Part shown: positions 49,006 through 56,771 of the stretch, in pieces
Numbering within the stretch: position 1 is the stretch's first letter
Layout of the letters: every line of letters begins with the position of its first letter
Position numbers and translations under genes: made by a program
The notes under the pieces: model-generated
Told to the model about the DNA's origin: nothing
Database searches by the model: none
What the model saw: only the letters and a program-made list of their open reading frames with translations
From: a virus
IMG/VR virus record: IMGVR_UViG_3300032249_001192
Location: 5,524 to 69,523 of that record
DNA length: 64,000 nt
Direction: 5' to 3' (one strand)

Positions 49006-49746
49006 ATGAATTTACTTTCCGCTCTGACAACATATGATGTTAATTCAAATAAAATAAGAATAGGTAATCAGCATGATGGTGGATATATTATCAATGATCT
49101 CATAGTTAAAAATACCAAAAGATTGATTTCTGTAGGAATAGGCGGAGAAGACAATTTTGAATTACAGTGGGCAGAAAAATTCCCAACAACATCCATAGAA
49201 GCATACGACGGAACGTACCCATGTAACAATTTGTGTAATAAATTTCCTGATAGAATTAACAAAAACATTTTTTACGTTCATAATGACGTTGGTTTTGGAG
49301 AAAAACAAATTCCTCTCAATACAATCGTAGATAGCAAAGAAGGAGTTTTATTAAAAGTTGATATAGAAGGTGGCGAATATACTGCATTTGATAATTTATA
49401 TCCAGACAGTAATCTAACAGGACTCATCTTAGAAGTCCACGATTTACATATACCTGAGAATTGTCAAAAAATAGCAAAAATAATAACTGAAAATTTCAAA
49501 AACTTGCTTCTTTTCCATGTTCACGGAAATTCGTGGGGAGGTATGTTTGATTTGAACTTGACACCCAGTGTCAATGACGGTATACTAATCAAGAGGTTCC
49601 CTCATGTGCTAGAACTTACATTCATATCAAAGCATATTGTGGATAATTACTCTCTTGAAAAGGGTAAATTCCCTGTAGACGGTTTGGATAATACTAACAG
49701 ACATGATTTTCCTGATATAGATCTTTATTGGATAAATGCTATATGA
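49006..49746 (+). CDS. FkbM/Methyltransf_22-like methyltransferase
   Basis: RIGNQHDGGY, LKVDIEGGE, LEVH, HVHGN. Confidence 0.8.
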   Translation: MNLLSALTTYDVNSNKIRIGNQHDGGYIINDLIVKNTKRLISVGIGGEDNFELQWAEKFPTTSIEAYDGTYPCNNLCNKFPDRINKNIFYVHNDVGFGEKQIPLNTIVDSKEGVLLKVDIEGGEYTAFDNLYPDSNLTGLILEVHDLHIPENCQKIAKIITENFKNLLLFHVHGNSWGGMFDLNLTPSVNDGILIKRFPHVLELTFISKHIVDNYSLEKGKFPVDGLDNTNRHDFPDIDLYWINAI

Positions 49747-50603
49747 TATACATATCACTATGTGCCATGCCAGATAGACTAGAGACTAAAGATAGTTCGT
49801 CTCAGTGTTTATCTTCTTTATTAGAACAAGAAACAACCCATGAATATAAAGTTCTTTTGAATATTCCTTTAAAATTAAGGAACTATGAAAATACAACTAT
49901 ACCACAATGGGTATTGGATTTAGAAGTAGCATATAATGGTAAGCTTATTATTCTTAGAGACGATATAGACTATGGACCAATATCTAATCTATTGTCTCCC
50001 ATTAAGCTAATAAGTATGGATCCAAATGATATTATTATTATTTGCGATGATGATCATATGTACGACCCAAAGATGATTGAATACCATCTTAAAAAGCTGC
50101 AACAATATCCTGACCATCATGCTATTTGTTTTAGAGGGAATCAACCACTAGAACTAAGAACGTGGTATATAGATAACGTTAAATATGGTAAACTCTATAA
50201 TTCGTGTGTTTTATTTCCAACAAGAAATGATATTTATTTAAAATTGCCTGATCATTGGCATAGCGTATCGTATCGTAGAAAGTTTATTCAACAAGATATT
50301 TTTGATCAAGATTTTTTAAATATATCTTGGAATAACGACATTTTAATGGGGTGCTATGCATGGTCTCATGACTTTTATTTTTTATGTGCTAACTACGATC
50401 AAGAGAGTGATTTTAGACCCGTTAACTATGATGGTCGAGGAGCTAATTCTTTCCCTTTAATGAAGATGCTTCCATTTTCTGGAGACAGTGGTTGCAATAG
50501 ATGGAGGAATCAAAATAAGAAACCGGGTGAAGATATATGGGATTTAGAAAAATTTCGACAACTATTTGATAAGGATAAAGGAATAATACAATTATGGAAA
50601 TAA
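49728..50603 (+). CDS. GT-A-fold glycosyltransferase
   Basis: ISLCAMPDR, DYGPI, IIICDDDHMY; paralog of the next gene. Confidence 0.7.
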   Translation: MDKCYMIYISLCAMPDRLETKDSSSQCLSSLLEQETTHEYKVLLNIPLKLRNYENTTIPQWVLDLEVAYNGKLIILRDDIDYGPISNLLSPIKLISMDPNDIIIICDDDHMYDPKMIEYHLKKLQQYPDHHAICFRGNQPLELRTWYIDNVKYGKLYNSCVLFPTRNDIYLKLPDHWHSVSYRRKFIQQDIFDQDFLNISWNNDILMGCYAWSHDFYFLCANYDQESDFRPVNYDGRGANSFPLMKMLPFSGDSGCNRWRNQNKKPGEDIWDLEKFRQLFDKDKGIIQLWK

Positions 50604-51364
50604 TTATATCTCTAACAACTGTACCTAATAGGTTATATGAGCATCACGGTCATTCAGCCACTAGGGCTGCTCTCACCACTTTATTAGAACAGTCATATCC
50701 CTTATATTCTGTTCACCTAAATATTCCTTTAGAATATAGAGGAGAGCAAGTTTCTATACCAGATTGGCTTAATGACTACACAAATAAATACAAACATCTA
50801 AAAGTTTTTTTAACACAAGACTACGGATCAATAACCAAGCTAATACCAACTCTAGAGAGAGTTGAAGATCCAGAAAGTATTATAATACTAGCAGATGATG
50901 ATCTTTACTATATGGATGGATTAATTGCTGCACATATCAATGGAAGACAAAAATACCCAGACTATGCATTAGGTTTCGCTGGCATGGCGGCAATAGATGG
51001 TTCCTGCCACTTTTGTACAACGATACCAAAGGATACTAGAGTTAAAGTTCTAGAAGGATACAAAACTGTATCATACCTAAGAAAATTTTTCGATATTAAT
51101 GAACTCAAAAAAGATTTCGTTGGCAAGTCTTGGAGAGATGACGAAACATTATCGGCTTATATGGGCTATAGGAATATTAAAAAACTAGTACTATCATATG
51201 ATGGAGATACTGACTTTTCTCCTAGAGTAGAGTCCTTTCCGGTAATTGGTCATGTTCCAGCAGAAAGAGGTGGATGTAATTTATTTAGGGACTGCTCTGA
51301 TTCTCAAAACAAGTCAGAACAAAATATACAAGAATTTTTTAAACTTGGTTACTTAGAAAGATAA
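50594..51364 (+). CDS. GT-A-fold glycosyltransferase
   Basis: ISLTTVPNR, DYGSITKLIP, ILADDDLYY, DDETLS. Confidence 0.75.
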   Translation: MEIIISLTTVPNRLYEHHGHSATRAALTTLLEQSYPLYSVHLNIPLEYRGEQVSIPDWLNDYTNKYKHLKVFLTQDYGSITKLIPTLERVEDPESIIILADDDLYYMDGLIAAHINGRQKYPDYALGFAGMAAIDGSCHFCTTIPKDTRVKVLEGYKTVSYLRKFFDINELKKDFVGKSWRDDETLSAYMGYRNIKKLVLSYDGDTDFSPRVESFPVIGHVPAERGGCNLFRDCSDSQNKSEQNIQEFFKLGYLER

Positions 51365-51366
51365 TT

Positions 51367-51747
51367 ATGAAATACTTTTATTGTGTTATTTTAACGGTTG
51401 TTTTATCCCAGAACGTCTGCGCTCAACAGTGGTCTAATCCTGAAAATGCTAATCTTACAAATAGTATGACAAATTTAATGGTTAATTTTGGCATTGCAGG
51501 AATGCAAACGGCACAACCTTCTTTAGCAAATAATACTAATTCATATTTAGATTATCAAAATGGATATTATCAAGAACTACAAAATAGTTTAACTAAAACT
51601 GAAATATATTTTCAAAAAAGACAAACTAATATGTACTACAGAGAACTTGAAGTTATTCAAAAACGAGAACTTAAAGATCTTAAAAAATATAATCAGTTGA
51701 CGATACCAGAACTAAATAGGATTTTTGATAGAGATATCAGAAACTAA
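51367..51747 (+). CDS. Exported hypothetical protein
   Basis: Signal peptide MKYFYCVILTVVLSQNVCA; Q/N/Y-rich helical body. Confidence 0.6.
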   Translation: MKYFYCVILTVVLSQNVCAQQWSNPENANLTNSMTNLMVNFGIAGMQTAQPSLANNTNSYLDYQNGYYQELQNSLTKTEIYFQKRQTNMYYRELEVIQKRELKDLKKYNQLTIPELNRIFDRDIRN

Positions 51748-52679
51748 AATACCGGATTAATAATTCCATATCCTTGGTACTTTCTTATTCCTTTATATCT
51801 AGGATTTTCTAAAGAAATAGCATGTAGTTTAAATACTTCTATATAGTCTTCGTATGTTTTAAGTTGATATTTTTTATGCTTATTATTATAGCTTAATAAT
51901 AAAGAAGCACAACCAACCACAAATGGATTACTCATGCTGGTTCCACTCATACTAGCATATCTATTTCCTGGAACACATCCAATAATATTGTGACCAGGAG
52001 CTAAAAAGTCTAAATCATCTCCACTACAAGTAAATGAAGTACGATTCATATTTTCGTCTATCGCCCCTATAGATATAGTATTTTTATATCTAGCAGGATA
52101 CATTATCTCAGCATTCTCTCCGCTATTTCCAGCAGCGCAAAAAACAACACATCCCTTACCATTAGCATGTGTTATAGCCTCCTCTATAGCTTTTGATGGT
52201 GCGGGTGAACCAAGGCTCATGGTTATAAAATCTACATCTCCGTGATCTGCAGCCCAGTAAATCCCATCTGCAACTGTGTTCATTGATCCTGACCCATCGT
52301 CTCCAAGTGATTTAATCGGAATAATTTTAGTCATAGGAGCAACGCCAACCATACCAAAACCATTATCTGATGCAGCTATTGTAGAAGCAACATGGGTTCC
52401 ATGCCCAGCGCCGTCTATTGGTTCTTTATTTTGGTTAATAAAGTTTTTCCCGGGTAATAAATTATCTACTAAGTCTTTATGAGTTAAATCACATCCTGTG
52501 TCTATAACAGCTACGACCACTCCTTCTCCTTTAGATTCTTTCCATAGATTCGGTATATTAAATTTTGTAAGTTCCCACCCTTTGAATTGTGGATCATTTA
52601 CAGATAGTCCATATACATCTTCTCTGACATATGGTAATAGAGAGATATTGTTTTTCTTTTTAAAAAAACCTCTAGTCAT
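51744..52679 (-). CDS. Subtilisin-like (S8) serine protease
   Basis: VAVIDTG, HGTHVA, AAGN, SGTSMS. Confidence 0.95.
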   Translation of the reverse strand: MTRGFFKKKNNISLLPYVREDVYGLSVNDPQFKGWELTKFNIPNLWKESKGEGVVVAVIDTGCDLTHKDLVDNLLPGKNFINQNKEPIDGAGHGTHVASTIAASDNGFGMVGVAPMTKIIPIKSLGDDGSGSMNTVADGIYWAADHGDVDFITMSLGSPAPSKAIEEAITHANGKGCVVFCAAGNSGENAEIMYPARYKNTISIGAIDENMNRTSFTCSGDDLDFLAPGHNIIGCVPGNRYASMSGTSMSNPFVVGCASLLLSYNNKHKKYQLKTYEDYIEVFKLHAISLENPRYKGIRKYQGYGIINPVF

Positions 52680-52681
52680 GA

Positions 52682-53428
52682 TTACTCCTTAGTTTTTGCT
52701 AATATTTCTGTTATCCATTCAACATGATCGCTAATTCGCGTATGTCCACTTTCTGTACCGTACGTTGATCGTACAGCACCCTTTTCATGTATTACACAAG
52801 AATTAATTCCTGCTATTTTGTTGTCTATAAATAATCCACCACCACTATCCCCACTCCCTATACAAAACTCAAGTTCTGTTCTATTAGATCTAGAAGGAGA
52901 ACATATTAAAAGTCCCCGATCAATTCTATCTACAATATTAGATCCTGCTCTTTTTTTATCGTCAGAAATATTTGCACCAGTTAGAAAAGTTCCGGTAATC
53001 CCATAACCGGAGATAGAGCAAACTTTACCAGTTTCATTAGTTTTTGTATATAGCTCAGGATACCAATCTAATCCAATATTTTCTTCTAAAAAACATATTG
53101 CAATATCGTGATAACCAAATTGATCAGAATTATATTTGGGATGAATAATAATTTTAGCCACTTTTATATTTTTACCATTTATTTCAACAGCACAATCTAT
53201 AATATCTTCTACCATATGGGCAGCAGTTAATACTACTTTATCTTTATGTGCAACTCCAGAACCAAAAAAGGGTTTAGTGTCTGGCATTTTCCCTTTTACT
53301 TTAGAAACATAAACGAACTTGGATCCGTATGAGACATATTTAGAGTCTGGAGTATTAGGGTCTATGGTTCCAGAATAAGCTACAGAACCTATCAAGAATA
53401 CTACTAAAGATAGTAAAAATTGACGCAT
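52682..53428 (-). CDS. Exported trypsin-like (S1) serine protease
   Basis: Signal peptide; LTAAH, DIAI, GDSGGG. Confidence 0.92.
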   Translation of the reverse strand: MRQFLLSLVVFLIGSVAYSGTIDPNTPDSKYVSYGSKFVYVSKVKGKMPDTKPFFGSGVAHKDKVVLTAAHMVEDIIDCAVEINGKNIKVAKIIIHPKYNSDQFGYHDIAICFLEENIGLDWYPELYTKTNETGKVCSISGYGITGTFLTGANISDDKKRAGSNIVDRIDRGLLICSPSRSNRTELEFCIGSGDSGGGLFIDNKIAGINSCVIHEKGAVRSTYGTESGHTRISDHVEWITEILAKTKE

Positions 53429-53735
53429 GGTTTTGCACTTTAAGAGAGTAGGGGCGATTCTTAACCTTATTTAAATACACCGAGCAATCATTAATCACAT
53501 CAACATTCCAACTACTATAATCCATTAAATGGCCAAAAATAAAATGACAATTAGGACATAAAGTAATAAGATTAGTTAAATCCAACTCTCTGCTTGGATT
53601 GACATGAAAAGGCTCTATATGATGTACCTGAATTTTTTTGCATGAACCGCAAGCCATGCAGCAGGGTTGTGATAGTAGGTGTTTTTTTCTTACTGATGTC
53701 CATTCAGGAGATCTGTCGGATAAAATATTCCACAT
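53355..53735 (-). CDS. Small HNH endonuclease
   Basis: CMACG...VHHI...NLITLCPNCH. Confidence 0.85.
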   Translation of the reverse strand: MWNILSDRSPEWTSVRKKHLLSQPCCMACGSCKKIQVHHIEPFHVNPSRELDLTNLITLCPNCHFIFGHLMDYSSWNVDVINDCSVYLNKVKNRPYSLKVQNHASIFTIFSSILDRFCSLFWNHRP

Positions 53736-53750
53736 TTTTTCACTATACTA

Positions 53751-54290
53751 TCAGCTTATTTCCATATAAACACAATAATTTCCAACATTATCAAACCATG
53801 TTCCACTATCCCATATTCCACAATATACATATCCAGAGGATGGGGCAACTATATTTCCTCCCAATCCTATATAAAAAGCATTAGTAGTAGTAAATGGTAT
53901 TGACGGTGAGTTTGTTGCAGATATAACTCCAAATACAGCGTTGTAATTGCCTATAAAAGCATTGGGAGTACCATATAGACCACGAGCATCACTAAGACAA
54001 GAACCAGCAATACAAGAAACACACCCTCTAACAGAGAAACTTATAGTCTGACCCGCTGTCACAAACTGCTGACCAATTCTTTTAAGTGTTGCTCCATCGG
54101 AATAAACTAATGATGTTTCAATGGGTAGGCACGTAATACTTTCGGCACTTATACACATTCCGGTTCGCGTGGGTGTGATTGTTGGTGTGGGTGTAGGTGT
54201 ATTTGTTGTTGTTATCGTAGGAGTCGGAGTAACGCTACTTAATGGTTTTTGAGTAGCTACTGGACAGCAATTAATATTAATAATAGTCAT
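53751..54290 (-). CDS. Thr/Pro linker plus LecA (PA-IL)-like lectin domain
   Basis: TPTPT linker; AGQTISFSVRG...IGLGGNIVAPSSGYVYCGIWD..WFDNVGNYCV resembles the PA-IL fold. Confidence 0.6.
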   Translation of the reverse strand: MTIININCCPVATQKPLSSVTPTPTITTTNTPTPTPTITPTRTGMCISAESITCLPIETSLVYSDGATLKRIGQQFVTAGQTISFSVRGCVSCIAGSCLSDARGLYGTPNAFIGNYNAVFGVISATNSPSIPFTTTNAFYIGLGGNIVAPSSGYVYCGIWDSGTWFDNVGNYCVYMEIS

Positions 54291-54311
54291 AAATAATACT
54301 TTCTTAAATTA

Positions 54312-56771
54312 TTATACAATAGGATTATGCTCAAAAAAGTAAACATCTGAGTCAGCAACAACCCCATTATTAGTTACTCTACACCACAGCTTATAGTAAC
54401 CTCTGCAACTCCTATTAAACCTAATACTATTTGGATCTAATGTATCAATGGAATTAGGTATAGATCGCGTCCAACAAGGAGAAGTAAGCATAATGGGAGA
54501 AGTCGGGGATGAGCAATCTCTATCATAGTATATGGCCCACCATTCATATATTGTATTTCCCTGTGGGTTCTGAATAGTAGAGCTTACACTAAACACATCA
54601 CCATCTCTAGTAATATCAGAATTTAATGGATCAGTTATGATGCAATCACTGAGACATCGTGGGAATTGATCACTCCGTGGGTGAAACTGATTACCGTTAC
54701 ATCCATTAGTGGTCGTATTGTTTTTTGTAAAAGATATCGTGGTTGGCGGACAAATAAATGACCCCGCAACAACAATATCGTTAGGTATACATACCGCTAA
54801 TACAATATTATTGGATGGATTTTTTAAGACTACTCTTCCAATACCATTATGACACCTTTCCCCCGCACAAACCAGCTTTAATTCTGTTAAACTACTTGTT
54901 ATTATATGATTATTTATAGTAAAAACACCCTCTCTATATCCTCCGTCACCAGCATTATTTAAATTAGCTTGTCCTATTAAAATGTTATCTATATAGAAAT
55001 CAAAAATAGCTCTATTACAACTATGTCCGCCTCCGCAATTAACTGGATCATATGAGACTATTGCGGTATAGCCATACAGATCAATACCTGCAGCTAAACA
55101 TACTTCTGGTTGTGGTGGGGGTGGGGGTGGCGGCACCGCAGGTATTATTATATCTCTAATATTAGATCTTGAACAACAAGTTCTTCCCCCAATACGTAAC
55201 TGTATATTAGATGCTCTATTCCCTCCTGGAGATATTATAGAGTTTGGTATGTATAGTTTGAGAATTTTGTGATCACAACCAACAACTGCTGCTCTAGTAG
55301 GATTCGGAGTTTTTGTTACTGTGGGTGTTAGCGTTATTGTAGATGTTACCGTAGGAGTAGCCGTAACAGTTGGAGTTGCTGTTGACGTAGTTTTAATGGT
55401 GGGAGTAATCGTTAAAGTTGGAGTTGGTGTTGGAGTTGATGTTTGCGTTGCTGTGACGGTTATTGTTGGTGTTGGTGTGGGGGTAGAAAATAGACCATCT
55501 CCCACACTATTTGCACTAACACAGGTTGGATCACTATCGCTTTGAGTAGCATACTTCCAATATCCAGCATTGGTTCCTCCACCCTTATAATATGCTGCTT
55601 TATACCATTCGTTTTCCGTTGGAATGTGGTATTTTGCGCCAGGATTCCTAGCCACAGCATCTCCGGTAGTACTGCCATTTAAAGTATAGGCTCCGTCTTC
55701 AGTAGTGCTGCTGTTTTGAGACCCAGTTGGTTTTCCGTTATGTAGCCAATTACAATATCTTGCACAGTCAAACCAGCTTACATATATTACCGGCTTGTTT
55801 CCGTAATTAGTTTTTACTGAGTAAGTGTAGCTTCCACTAGCTCCTGATCTATTGATCGCCGACCCCTGAATCGAATTACTCGCCATATTGACATTGTAAA
55901 GAGCATACGAGTCAGTTGCGGCAACAGCATTCAAAAATTCAACATATTCACTATTAGTAACAAGATATTTTCCCACGGCGTAGCTGTAACCAACACTGCC
56001 TCTTCCAACTCTTCCTCCAGTATCAGGAGAGTTGTTAACATCACCCACAGTCACAAAGTTAGAAAGGACTAAAGGATTAAGTATGGAGAAGGAACTGGCG
56101 ATACGAAAACCGATGATATTGATCACTTCCGACGTGGTGGAGGCGGGTAGGCCGAGGGAGGGCGACGCCAAGTAGAATGCAGCAGCATCGCCCCAATAGC
56201 CGCCCCGCAACTCGCGAGCTGAATCATTCCACTCATAGACTTGCCCAATTTGATCATAAGTACCATATGCACTAGGTCCACCATTAGTTCCAACAGAGGT
56301 GACATTGCCATTTTTACCATCCCAATCAGCACAATAATTAAAATTAGCAGAGTTAGATCCCGGACACAATGAGTTAAATACTAATCTGTTATTTCCTCCC
56401 ATATATCCATGGTAATAACAGTAATAGCTTAATTCTGGTGGTTGTGCTCCTACTCCATTAACAGTAATTGTTACATTACCATAGTAAAAGTCATATGACA
56501 CTCCACCAACTGTTTTTGTTAGTTTATTATTAACGTCTCCAGAATATGATATAAATGATTCATAGCCTGAGTTTAAAATTGCAATAGGATGAGCAGAGGG
56601 GACTCCTGTTAAAGTATATGTACCTATTTGATATCCTAGTTTATGATCAAGATTATTAGGATCAAAACCCGGACCCTCTGCAAAAGTAAAGTTGTAATTT
56701 CCTTCAACAGCGGATACTGCTGTATTATTTCTCATACATCTAATTATCATGGTATAATATCTCCAAAACAT
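54312..56771 (-). CDS. Modular adhesin-like protein: cupredoxin-like, circularly permuted FGE-sulfatase (CLec) domain, Thr/Pro linker, Cys-rich domains
   Basis: HP...YYCYYHGYMGG; FGE motifs GQVYEW, RGG.W, IGFR, GKYLVTN.EY, PV.YVSWFD, PTENEWYKAAY; TPT tract; polyproline stretch. Confidence 0.8.
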   Translation of the reverse strand: MFWRYYTMIIRCMRNNTAVSAVEGNYNFTFAEGPGFDPNNLDHKLGYQIGTYTLTGVPSAHPIAILNSGYESFISYSGDVNNKLTKTVGGVSYDFYYGNVTITVNGVGAQPPELSYYCYYHGYMGGNNRLVFNSLCPGSNSANFNYCADWDGKNGNVTSVGTNGGPSAYGTYDQIGQVYEWNDSARELRGGYWGDAAAFYLASPSLGLPASTTSEVINIIGFRIASSFSILNPLVLSNFVTVGDVNNSPDTGGRVGRGSVGYSYAVGKYLVTNSEYVEFLNAVAATDSYALYNVNMASNSIQGSAINRSGASGSYTYSVKTNYGNKPVIYVSWFDCARYCNWLHNGKPTGSQNSSTTEDGAYTLNGSTTGDAVARNPGAKYHIPTENEWYKAAYYKGGGTNAGYWKYATQSDSDPTCVSANSVGDGLFSTPTPTPTITVTATQTSTPTPTPTLTITPTIKTTSTATPTVTATPTVTSTITLTPTVTKTPNPTRAAVVGCDHKILKLYIPNSIISPGGNRASNIQLRIGGRTCCSRSNIRDIIIPAVPPPPPPPQPEVCLAAGIDLYGYTAIVSYDPVNCGGGHSCNRAIFDFYIDNILIGQANLNNAGDGGYREGVFTINNHIITSSLTELKLVCAGERCHNGIGRVVLKNPSNNIVLAVCIPNDIVVAGSFICPPTTISFTKNNTTTNGCNGNQFHPRSDQFPRCLSDCIITDPLNSDITRDGDVFSVSSTIQNPQGNTIYEWWAIYYDRDCSSPTSPIMLTSPCWTRSIPNSIDTLDPNSIRFNRSCRGYYKLWCRVTNNGVVADSDVYFFEHNPIV

